64,000 nt of DNA from positions 21,452,001-21,516,000 of the forward strand of contig OX597820.1 in NCBI GenBank assembly GCA_951406725.2, in the 5' to 3' direction. Under the pieces are notes generated by a model, which worked only from the letters and a program-made list of their open reading frames with translations, was not told where the DNA came from and did no database searches. A program made the translations under genes and the position numbers. The DNA comes from Octopus vulgaris. Taxonomy: Eukaryota. Below are positions 39,868 to 51,845 of the stretch, one piece after another (position 1 is the first letter of the stretch; every line of letters begins with the position of its first letter).

Positions 39868-40914
39868 CTAGAAAAATAAAAGATTAAATATTTTAGGGAG
39901 AAATAAATTTAACTTTGAAATTGCATTTCGAAATATCATAGTTCTTTCTCATAGTGCTATATTCATTCTATTTAATAATTTTATCCATCCAATTATCCAT
40001 CACCTCCCACTATACCAGGGAGGGTTGAGGGGCTGGAGTGCTCAAACACCTTAGACACACAAGCATTTTCACACATAGATAGGCATACACTCACACATAT
40101 ACATACACACACACATACAAGCATGAATGTATGATATATATATATATATCCTATGCTAGACCTAATGTTTCAAATTGCACGATTCTCTTCCAGAGTACTG
40201 AGAAGAATGAACGATAAGACATTTAGAATAAAAAATGTTTTTAATATCAAAGAATCCTAAAATACAACTCAAAAGTCAAAAATAATTCAGAAGAATCAGA
40301 CTTTGTGTATGTATGTGTGTGTGTTTATAGAGAGAGATACATTCATACATACATACACACATACATACATACACTCAATGATACTATAAAAAGAGACAAA
40401 ATTCCTGAAAAAGTTCAATTTGACAAATCCACTAGAGTGGACGAAAGCGCTAATATATGATATATGATTTATAAAAACATGTAACATGCTAATAAATATC
40501 TGAAAATATAAAACCATCCAGATTTCTGAGTACCTCATTTCTTCTAACATATAGTTATGTATACATATATGTGGGTACTTGAATATATATAAAATCATAA
40601 TTATTTGATGAAAGATTACATAGCATAAAATTCAATTCTATAATTCATAATAGATATTAACAGTGATAGGGGTGTTCTCTTTTATAATTTTTTATACTTA
40701 TTTATGTATAATGCTAAAAGCTATAAAGAAAGTAATTAAGTCAGGCAAAACTGATCAAGCCCAACTTCATGATGATGATTGATAAAGAAATTTATAATGT
40801 AAGTCCTAATTGGTTTGTTGGTAAGAAATCGATCTTATATTCCACTATTATCAATATTAAAATTATGAGAGGAATATCACAACAATACCAGGTAATTTCT
40901 CCAGTATAACTTAC

Positions 40915-41160
40915 CTTTAATGAAAACGCTGAAAGATGTTGAATCAGATGTGTATCCGTCATGTTCCAGCACCACAGAATATTTAGCCTCATCTTGAATT
41001 TTAGTTTTTTTGATTTCAAGACTGGCACATTTTAGCAAGTCATTGACACGGATAGCACAACGGGTGTCATTGACAATTTCACGTCCAGCTCGGTAGAATT
41101 TAACTTTAGGCATTGGACAGTCATTGGTTTCGATTTTGAATGTACATTTCAAAGCCTGGC
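40915..41160 (-). CDS. unc-22: Twitchin exon, body of an Ig domain (about Ig7)
   Basis: cttcag|GC ... AAA G|gtaagt, 246 nt, phase 1-1. (G)QALKCTFKIETNDCPMPKVKFYRAGREI...ASLEIKKTKIQDEAKYSVVL...SFSVFIK. Confidence 0.92.
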
Positions 41161-41307
41161 CTGAAGTAAATAAAATCAAATCATAAAAATTCAACAGACG
41201 CATGTAAGAAGAAAGCGAATATATGTAAGTTAACCATACCATTGAATCATTTATATATTAAATTGATTTGAATGCAGTGTATTGTATGAACATCAAAAAA
41301 AGTTGTC

Positions 41308-41779
41308 TTAAACCTTTTGATACCAACCTGGCTGAAACCACTTCTGGCTCTAGAGCATAAATGTCTTGTGTTCAAAAGTTCTGAATTAAAACCTTCCATC
41401 AAACCTAATGCCACAATTTATGTTCCTAACTCTAGCTTAATGATAACTAAGTTATTTTACTAAATTCTTTGTTATATTTAAAATTAATTGAAAGAAATAC
41501 AGAGCATCTCAACAGAAATACGGTAAAATATATAAGAGAGAAACAATTCCTAACCCTTTTGATACCAACCCACCTGAAACTGCATCTGGCTCTGTATATC
41601 ATATATCTTGTTTTCACAAGTTCTAAATTAGAATCTTCCACCAAACCTTCGTCACAATTTATGTTCCTCACACTAGCTTAATGATAACTAAATTATTTTA
41701 CTAAAATCCTTGTTATATTTAAAATTAACTGAAAGAAACAGAGAGCATCTCAATGGAAATATGGTAACAAAAGGGTTAA
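41308..41779. mobile_element. Two tandem copies of a ~230-bp TTAA-ended MITE (piggyBac-like)
   Basis: Copies start TTAAACCTTTTGATACC (41308) and TAACCCTTTTGATACC (41551). The second ends GGTAACAAAAGGGTTAA (inverted end). Internal sequences align. Confidence 0.75.
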
Positions 41780-42161
41780 TGCTTCTACACTGAAGAAAAT
41801 TTAGTTTCACAACTATAATCAGGAAATATCTTATTTCCTGATAAAGTTAGCATGGCAGCTAAGCAAGTATTGTTCATATGAGTATGAAACAGATTTCAGA
41901 ACTCTTCCATTTAAACAATTTCAATGACATTGTATTGTCACCAGGAAAATTTGGAAAAGATTTAAAACTAAGACTTCTATGTCATTTTTATCGATAAAAA
42001 TGAATTTAAGAGATGATTCTACGGTGGACCTGGGTCATTTGATAATGAGGATTCAGTTCTTTCTTCAATCAAATTACGTTCTCTTGAATTAACATGTAAG
42101 TGGCTGAGAATTCTGTAGACACATGGATGCATAATGTAATTCTCAAGTAGAATCATTGTAA

Positions 42162-42577
42162 AGGTGGTGAGCTGGCAGAAACGTTAGCACGTCGGGCGAA
42201 ATGCGTAGCCGTATTTCGTCTGCCGTTACATTCTGAGTTCAAATTCCGCCGAGGTCGACTTTGCCTTTCATCCTTTCGGGGGTGATAAATTAAGTACCAG
42301 TTACGCACTTGGGTTGATATAATCGACTTAATCCGTTTGTCTGTCTTTGTTTGCCCTCTCTCTGTTTAGCCTCGTGTAGGCAGTAAAGAAATAGGTATTT
42401 CGCCTGCAGCTACGTTCTGAGTTCAAATTCCGCCGAGGTCGACTTTGCCTTTCATCTTTTCGGGGTTGATAAATTAAGTACCAGTTACGCACTGGGGTTG
42501 ATGTAATCGACTTAATCTGTTTGTCTGTTCTTGTTTGTCCCCTCTATGTTTAGCCCCGTGTGGGCAATAAAGAAATA
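42162..42577 (+). mobile_element. tRNA-derived SINE, family B, with duplicated 3' body and 13-bp TSD
   Basis: TSD AGAATCATTGTAA at 42149-42161 and 42578-42590. Body repeated at about 42212-42393 and 42395-42577. Confidence 0.9.
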
Positions 42578-42861
42578 AGAATCATTGTAACAGAGTGGGT
42601 GACTTTTGAATTGCAAGTACAATTCACATGACAGGCTTCTATATAGTTTCCATTGACTCATTTTCACTCACAAGGTTGCTCTGAGGCTACAGAAAATGGC
42701 ATTTTCCCAACATTTCATACAATGAAACCAAATGCAGGCCCTTGTGGCTGTGAAGAAAACATCTAAAACATTTTGAACATACTTTGCCTACAGTTGACAT
42801 TATAAAAGAACTTAAATCAATTACATATTTGATTGTATGTTGGTAATATACTCTTTACTCT

Positions 42862-43074
42862 CTTTACTCTTTTACTTGTTTCAGTCATTTGACTGCAGGC
42901 CATGCTGGAGCACCGCCATTGGTCGAATAAATTGACCCCAGGACTTATTCTTTGTAAGCCCAGTACTCATTCTATCAGTCTCTTTTGCTGAAACACTAAG
43001 TTATGGGGACGTAAGCACACCAGCATCGGTTGTCAAGCAATGGTGGGGGGACAAACACAGACACACAAACATAT

Positions 43075-43125
<51 letters not shown>

Positions 43126-43287
43126 TACGACGGGCTTCGTTCAGTTTCCGTCTACCAAATCCACTCACAAGGCTTTGGTCGGCCCGAGGCTATAGTAGAA
43201 GACACTTGGCCATGGTGCCACGCAGTGGGACTGAACCAGGAAGCATGTAGTTGGTAAGCAAGCTACTTACCACACAGCCACTCCTGC
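42862..43287 (-). mobile_element. tRNA-derived SINE, family A, full length
   Basis: Reverse complement of the 37927 and 39130 copies. Confidence 0.9.
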
Positions 43288-43724
43288 TGAAGACTTCACT
43301 GCTTCCAACCTACAGCCTGTCTTCACCATGACCAGCACCACTTTCCTCAATGTGACATCTATAACACTAACTACACCAACATTTGGAGAGTTGCTACTGC
43401 TGTTAACTCAAACACCAGGCTATCCAAAACGGCAGGGTCTATGTAAACACGCATTTCTTAGATTGTATTCTGTAGCAAGGCCTTTGCACCTCTTATGTCG
43501 CAATGCTACACAGTGGTTGTGTGTACTTCGAAATCCTCGGTGAGCTACGAAATCCTAGTCTGTACTGTTATGTCCCATGTTCGGATGCCTCTACTACTCA
43601 ACTCTATTCTGCTCCACTACTACTGTTCTAGTCTACACAGCTGTGCTCCTGACGTCTAGGCTTCTCCCTCTATATCTACGTATTGGGATAACCTACTTCA
43701 TCATCTGGGAGCGTCCACACAACA
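43288..43724 (-). mobile_element. Possible solo-LTR-like element
   Basis: GC-elevated non-coding block beginning TGTTGTG on the minus strand. Partial second copy at 38468. Class is not established. Confidence 0.35.
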
Positions 43725-43991
43725 GCACCCAAAATATAAATATCTAAAAAACTTTCTGCATTGTTAAAAGCTTTCCTTATTTCTCATTTCACTCATTTTC
43801 TACTTCTATACTACAATGTTTCAAGTAAACTACAACACTCTTAATTTACAATTGATTTCAAAAAGTCTTTTTCTTTCAAAGTAATACATTTTGTGAAAAT
43901 TTCACCATACTGTTCACGAAAGTGTTGCATTATGATAAAGATTTGTTGCTTAAAATAAATTCTTTGAACAGGTATAGACTAGTTTGCTTAC

Positions 43992-44085
43992 CCTCAACAA
44001 CAACCTTGTTTTCTGCAGGTTTTGAAAATGTTGGGCCTTGTGGTCGGGCTCCCTTTTGAGCTTTTGAAGCTCTTCTTCCTTCATC
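43992..44085 (-). CDS. unc-22: Twitchin exon: RRAS site plus A-strand of Ig7
   Basis: ttacag|GAT ... GAG G|gtaagc, 94 nt, phase 0 to 1. DEGRRASKAQKGARPQGPTFSKPAENKVVVE(G). Confidence 0.9.
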
Positions 44086-44681
44086 CTGTAATAGGAATCA
44101 TCTCATTAGTAAACATGAAATGAAATTTAATTCTGGTTATTTACAAAATATATTAAATATTCTATCCCTGCTAGCAAATGAAAGGAACCTACAAATATAT
44201 ATTTTAATTAAATACAATATTTATATTTTATATAAAATGTTGCTTGTAATCCCAAAGAAAGTATGTATGGAATAATATCAAATGTTATTTTGTTTTAAAT
44301 CATTTTAAATGATTTAAAGATATAAATACAGTTATAATAAAAGCAATATATTGATCAAGTTCAATTTAATAATTTTATTCATATTTCATATAATTGCTGA
44401 AGAATGTATTGACACTTGTAAACATTTTCTATCACACATTTTCACAATATTGTCTTATTATACAAAGCAAGATGTAAATGTTTATGAATTCACCATACTA
44501 TGGTTGAGTACCTCCTACCATGACCTAGTGTTTAACAATAAATTATGATTGGAATTTGGTGACAAAAATCTTCGTGAAAACCTGTCAAGTGTGTATGTGT
44601 GTGTACATCATATATTTATAAGTTATTTTATAAGTTACAGACACATATACACACATATACAACACATACATATGTGTATGC

Positions 44682-44712
<31 letters not shown>

Positions 44713-45253
44713 TATACACACACACACAGAGGCACACACGCACATACATACATACACACACACAAGATGTTTATATGCCAAATTATATATAAGAACAATT
44801 TAACATAAAACTGAAGGATTACTCAATATTATTGTAAAAGTTAATATATATGTTTGTATATGTATGCATATATATATATGTGTGTGTGTGTGTGTGTATG
44901 TAGATATGTAATTATATATATGCACATGCAGGCATATGCACCCACAGATATGTATGCAGTATATATTATGCATGAATGCATCTATGTATTTGTGTGTGTG
45001 TGTGTGTGTTCATATCTGTCTTTGTATGTTTAAAAAGGTGTTTTGAGATAATCCTTTTACAAAACTACGAGTGAATATTTGTAAATTTGTTATGGAAGAC
45101 AAAAATTGTGATATTTTTTCAACATTATTTGCAAAATATGAGAAGCTGGAGTCTGACGCAGTCTTCCAGCTTGCCAACCCTGGTCAAACTGTCCAACCCT
45201 TGCAGCATAGACAACGGACATTAAATGAGGATGATAAAAAATAAAATAAATGA

Positions 45254-45498
45254 GCCCTTTTAAAGCCTAACCAGGCTCATGGGCCCGGTTTCCTGATTTT
45301 TACGGCGTATCTGTTCTCCAACTGGACCGGACGCCCGTCCATCACAGTGTTACTCATTTTTGCCAGCTGAGTGGACTGGAGCAAAGTGAAATGAAGTGTT
45401 TTGCTCAAGAACACAACGTGTTGCCCGGTCGCGGAATCGAAACCACAATCTTAAGATTATGATGCTGACACCCTAACCACTAAGCCACGTGCCTCCAC
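45254..45498 (-). mobile_element. tRNA-derived SINE related to family C
   Basis: Head GTGGAGGCACGTGGCTTAGTGGTTAGG...GGTTTCGATTCC. Tail shared with 198-300 but a different middle. Confidence 0.78.
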
Positions 45499-46878
45499 AA
45501 ATGATGATGATGATGATGATAAAATTAATTAAAACTAGATGCAAATATGATGTCATCATCATCATCATCATTTAACGTCTGCTTTTAATGATGATGATGG
45601 TGATGATATCATATTTGCATCTATATTTCAAAATTGATTATATTATAATACTATTCTCATTCAAAGACTACAAGTGAAGGAATTCCTAAAAATGTTCCAA
45701 CTGCATTTGCATACATTAACATACTATGTTCTGATAAAAAAAAAATAACCTGTAGAAGTGATTTCATTGGATGAAGCTTCAGCACTTAACCACCCATGTC
45801 TATGCTCTGCTATATTTTAGCTCTTTTTCAAGATGAAAGCAATTATTTCTACTATTATATATTTGTTGGCATATAAAATTGCATACTATGCATTGAATGT
45901 AGCATTAAGTTGATATCAGCACTTGTAATACTGATAACATTTTCAACCCAAAATAAATGGTATTCCTTATGTAGCATTAATAAGATGATATCAACTAGCA
46001 CAAATATTATTTCAATGCTTTGTATCATTCTAATCTTTACATCAAAAGAAGACCTTTCAAACGTCTTGACAGTACATGATGAGATAATAGAAAATTAAGT
46101 TGTTTGCTTGAGGATCATTGTCCTGATATACGATCATAAACAAAGTTTATGTAATGAGAAAAAATATGTAACAAAGTATAGATAGTATGTATTTGAAAAT
46201 GTGAATCTTAATTTTCTTCTATTTACTGAAACTTACAAATTCTAAGGAAGAGCTGATAGATGCTTCATAAAGTATAAATAAAACATGGATACTTCTGCTG
46301 CTGCTGCGGAACATTTATTCTATTATAAATGGTATTTTAATAGTTTCTTTTACAAAAGTATGGAAATTAGTAATCATCGTTATCGATATCATTGTCATCA
46401 TCATCTTTAGTTCCACTTCCCATGTTGACATGGGCTGGATGTTTTGATGGGATCCAACGCTTTTGCTCTAATGGTAATTACCAAAGGAATAATTCCAAGG
46501 TATGTTGCCTTTTATATAATTTTTGGTGGGCAATAATAAGATAAATCTACCTTTAAAAAGGTGCTATTAATTAAAGACTTACTTTCAAAACAATAATTAA
46601 ATCACAATTTTTTTTATAGCATACTAAAGTTCACAAGTTTCAAGTTAGATGGTGGATTGTATCTTATTTGGCTGGCTGTTTATGAAGCCAACCAAACTTT
46701 TAGCTATCGTCTTTAAATGTAATTGAGGGTGGTTTTCCTACGTGAATTTTGTTTGTTAAATAATTTATACCTGTATCTTACTCACTCAGCTTTCCTTAAT
46801 TACAAAATATCAAAATTACTGATTCTTATGATTTTTAGAAGTATGGTTAGCAGCATTAGAAAATTGCACCATCACATT

Positions 46879-46910
<32 letters not shown>

Positions 46911-48073
46911 ATGGAAGAGAATTCAGGAATTTTAGATATTTTTATATTTCTAAAATGCAAATATCTCCAAAGCCTGAGCAGCTCACAAAATCTAAAGCAC
47001 TTTTAAAAGACTGATGTGATTACCAGGCATAATTTTATTTCTTCTCTGCATATCATAATAAAGTCAGATCAAAACTGCGGTTTATACTAACTCTTTGAGT
47101 CATTGGAGATGAATAAATTTTATAAAGAAAAGATTACGTCCCAATAATTAAATGACCTTGGGCACATAATTTCTATAGAAAATACAAACATGTTTACAAG
47201 TAATAAATTCTTACACCCTATTTATATATTTTAAATTAATAATAAAGAGTAAAATTTATTAATCAAATTAATTAATTAATCAATCAATTACTTAATAATT
47301 TCACCAAGTAGATCAGTACATTGAAATAACCTTTATAGGTAAAATTATATTTTATAATCATAAGCATAATTATAATTAGGGTTCAGCTAATTGCTTCACC
47401 ACATACCTATTTATATACATATTTACATGCCAACAGACATACATGTACTTATATATTCTAGAGCTGGTGCACTTCTTTTTTCTTCCAACTGTCATGTTAC
47501 AAACTTGATAAAGTTTGCAATTATTCAACCATAGTTTGAATAATATTGGAAGTTCAGCCATTCTTGTTAGAGTGACTGTATTATTATTTAAACTATGATC
47601 AAATATTTGTACATTTTTTGCATGAAACCATTTGTTTTGTACTATCAACATTCAACTTTTAAAAGAATTTGATCAGCCACCAATGTGCTTTTGGATGTTA
47701 AATGATGATGATATATATATATATATATGTGTGTGTGTGTAGTATACATATTTAGAGATATACATTTACACACATATATTTATATACTATATAAACATAT
47801 ACATATCACACACACATATATATATATGCATGTGTGTGTGTGTGTGTGTGTCAGTATGTACACAGTGCCTCTTGTCAGGTAGCTGAGTGCAATCAACAAT
47901 TTTATTTCCAAAAATAATGTTAAGTTTAACTCTTATATCAATATACCATACAAAAATATAATATAGTGATACTATATAGTATTACAGTACTACATTATAG
48001 TAATGTCACATAATAACATTATAATACTATATAATTTGTTATATAATGCAATATAATTGATATAATGTATATG

Positions 48074-48132
<59 letters not shown>

Positions 48133-48468
48133 ATTTGTGAACTAATTAATATAAAAAATTATATAAATCAATTTTAAGGAAAATCTTATTTCCCCAATTA
48201 CATTAAGAATAGATATTTTCAAAACTGTAGCAAAAATTGGGAGTTGAATAGTTAAAAAATATAGCAATAAAAACATTATCAATACCTAATCTAAATATCT
48301 ATCAATTAAATTTTAGCATTTATTGGTTCTCAAAAATTATGGTGATTGTCATGTGATAATAGAAGTAAAATGAAATAATAAAATAAATGTTATTATTGGT
48401 AACTTAACAAAATACAAGAAATACCTTTAGATGTTTCGAAATTAACTGCTCAATAAAGTAAAATTTAC

Positions 48469-48573
48469 CTCATATGGGCCTAGACTGTAGCGAATAAATG
48501 TCTTTCGGCGAAAATACAGATATGTATCATCCATATACCTAGTATCCATGGCAGGATGATTATTAGGAACCAT
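48469..48573 (-). CDS. Candidate alternative first coding exon of a short twitchin isoform
   Basis: ATG-started 35-codon frame MVPNNHPAMDTRYMDDTYLYFRRKTFIRYSLGPYE ending GAG|gtaaat in phase 0, compatible with exon 44085. In-frame TAA upstream. GC locally elevated. No transcript evidence. Confidence 0.45.
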
Positions 48574-49041
48574 CGTGGAAATGGAAGATATATGTTTTCT
48601 GTTGTGTAAATTTTAAAGAATTTAATTGGTTAAGTGTACAGCGTACTAACATATATTCAGGTTGTCTGAATGAATTTTTATACATTGTTTAAATGCTGAC
48701 GGTAACACCCTGATAACTTCCTTCGTTGTTTGTGTAACCACAATAAGAATGCTTTGTAAATGTAAAACAAAGAAAATGTAAGATCCGTTAGCAAAGTAAG
48801 TAAAGAATAAGTTTTCCTATGAGATAACATTATGTTCTGAGGTGCAATTCTATATCTTTTAAAACAACAAACTCCTTGTTTCTTTGTTTAAAAATTCTGA
48901 TAGAATATATATATATATATATTTCTTCTTCTTTTGTATTTTATTGGTTACATACACACATGCACACACATATATATATACACAAGCATACGCATGTATG
49001 TATTATGTATGTAAGCATTTATGTTTGTGTGTGAATGTATG

Positions 49042-49075
<34 letters not shown>

Positions 49076-49130
49076 TGTGTTTGTGTGTGTGTGTGTATCC
49101 AAATTGAGGGAGTGAAAGAGGTAAAATCCA

Positions 49131-49213
49131 GGCTACATATGTTTCCCAGCTAGCAGATCCTCTGATGTAATAATTACTCAATGAGGGATACTCAGCTAGC
49201 TATTCGTTAGGCC
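49131..49213 (-). ncRNA. Degenerate type I hammerhead-ribozyme motif with long stem II
   Basis: ggc-CTAACGA-a-TAGCTAGC...GCTAGCTG-g-GAAAC-atat-GTA-gcc. One core change from CTGANGA. Palindromic stem III ACATATGT. Confidence 0.5.
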
Positions 49214-50319
49214 AAAGATACCGTAATTATACGAAGGTTGTATTGTCATTAAGGAATCCAAAGTTAACTCCATGAAGATATAATTTTAAAAACATATAGA
49301 AATATATAATATTTGCATAAAGTGGACGAAAATTTTCGAAACTTAGGCGAGAAAACATTTTACATTGTGAAAATGGAGAGTGGATTTCTAAGTGAGATCT
49401 AGTGGGTAGTTAGAAAGCACCACTCTTTAAATACCTACTTATCCATTCATGCTCAGTCAACACAAGGTATATTATCAGTTTAATGTAATCAATGACAGAC
49501 GCCACTAAAAAATAAGAGATTATGCAGTGATGATTAAACCAAAGAGATAGGCAATGTGCCACAAACATTAAAGAAATGAAAGATGAGAGAAAAATTTTAT
49601 CTAAGATTATATGGTTGATAACTGAGAAGAAATTGAAAACTCTCATACTTTCTTAAATAATAACAGAAGCCATCAAAATATATGAAAAAAACTTATCGTT
49701 TTTAATGTCTTTTCATGTTGTCAGCGATAGGGATGAAGTGATGCCAAATAAATGAAATAAGTATATTAATAGGAAATATATGAATATTTTGAATTATCTA
49801 GCACTTACTTCCAGATAGTTATGTATATCTTTAAAAGTGTTAGTATAGTGTGCATGTTTGTAAATAATTAACAACATGTATGCATCTGTGACTTTCATAT
49901 CGGTGAAAATGTCAAATTTTTTTTTTTGTCGAAATGCCCAAATATTTTTTTGTTGGTATAAACTAAACTACCAATAAAATTGCTATTGTCTGCGATTTAT
50001 GATAACATCAATATATCATATCTATATTAAATAAAAAGAAAATTTATAGAAGAGGCTAAATCCAATAATTCAACTATGATCATTTGCAAGTTTTAAAAAT
50101 ATTTTTGATGAGTAAACATTTGTTTTCTGACTTTGTATTGAACTCCTGGAATTCCTTATTTCTCTGTTGTTTTGATAGCTAAAAAAATTTGCATTAAATA
50201 TAATTGTGAAAATGTGTGATGAATTTATACAAGTAAAACACCATTCTTCCAGCTGTCCTAAATATACAGTTCTAAATATAAAACTATATATAGTCTCCTT
50301 TAGAGAGAATTAGAAACAA

Positions 50320-50381
<62 letters not shown>

Positions 50382-50420
50382 ATATTATAATTTGTCAATC
50401 AAGAAAGTGAAGCAACTTAC

Positions 50421-50431
50421 CCTCTCTTTTC
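50421..50431 (-). CDS. unc-22: 11-nt microexon (G-K-E-R) of twitchin
   Basis: Pyrimidine-rich tract then caacaacag|GAAAAGAGAGG|gtaagt, with a perfect donor. Converts phase 1 (exon 63140) to phase 0 (exon 44085). Confidence 0.78.
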
Positions 50432-51845
50432 CTGTTGTTGATTGTAAAGTAAAAAAGATAAATGTTAATAAATGTTCATTGTAAAATGAATAAAATCAAA
50501 TAGCATTTATATAATTTTTACTTCAACTGATGAATACTAAATTTTATAAAATATTTAGGTTCAAATTCTTTACATGATTTCGAGATATAATTTACTTCAA
50601 GAGACTTTGAGCATACTGAAAATATTATTGATTAATATTGCAAATATAATTAATTATTCATTTTTCCTAATAAATTGAATTAAATATATTTTCACATCAA
50701 AGTGTTTATCATCACATTACCAGTTAGTGCAATATATTTATTTCTGAAATGAAAATATAATTAGCAAAATTGAAAGAGAAAAAAAAAACAGAGGAGGGGA
50801 ATTGTTGGAGAAATTTTTTTTTTCCCAGCGCATATACAAAGATTCAGCCAAGAGCGCAAATAAACTGTTGAATCTGAGCAATTGTTTGGGCTTGCTCCAA
50901 TATTTAGCGCAATATCTAAGCAGCAAATAATCAGGGCTGTGGGAGCATACAGCATATGGAATGCGGAATAAGCATTAAGACTGTTGCATTATTGTAATGT
51001 CATCTTGAAATCTGTTTTAGGAAAACTGAAATAAATATAAGATAAAACCAAAGAGAAAGAAACAGTTGTCAGGAAGTTGAAGCTAATGATTAATCCTTTG
51101 ATACTTTGTGGGTATAACTAACCATGTACACCCTAGACACACCGTAATTCTAATAAAAAATGTATTGATATAGCTTAATAGTGTCTAAGAGTGCACAGTA
51201 TAAAGAATATTCCCAGTAGATGAAATGTGTAAGGATTAACCAGAAGCAAACGTGTAAAAGTAAAATTACATATGATACATCACTAATATTTATATATCAT
51301 TTCAAATATACTCAATCAAAGGAACATGTTACATTCCATTTTCTCAGCATAGTGAAATTAACAAAAATTAACAAAAATTAATAATCAGATAACTTAATTT
51401 AAGATACCTGATTTATAATTGATGTCCCAAGTTTTGCCAAATTTTTTAAATTCTAAATTTATTATAGTAAATATTAAATTTTGAAAAAATAATTTTGTTC
51501 CTTGATTCAGTATATTTAAGGTACAACAATCCCAAGGAATAACTGCTTTGAGATGGAGTGAAAGAAATCTAGAAAGGATAGGATTTTAGAAAAATGATCT
51601 GGCATCTGTGTGCTCTGTTTCCAAAAACATTGTACATATGTAATGACCTATCCTCTGATAAGACAGAGTAATCTCTGTGTTTGCTTCACTGTCTCCATCT
51701 TTCTGTGTCTCTCATACTTTCTCTTTCATGCACACATTCCCTCAATTTCTCTCTCTCCATCTTACAAAGCATTTAAAATAATATTCCCTTTAGGTTATTG
51801 TTTGACCTTTACTAATTTGTTGATTGATGCATCCTGCCAAAATAC

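Noticed and set aside
51090-51239. TTAATCCTT...AAGGATTAA bounded segment, possible MITE
   Set aside because: Only a 9-bp inverted end and no second copy in the window.
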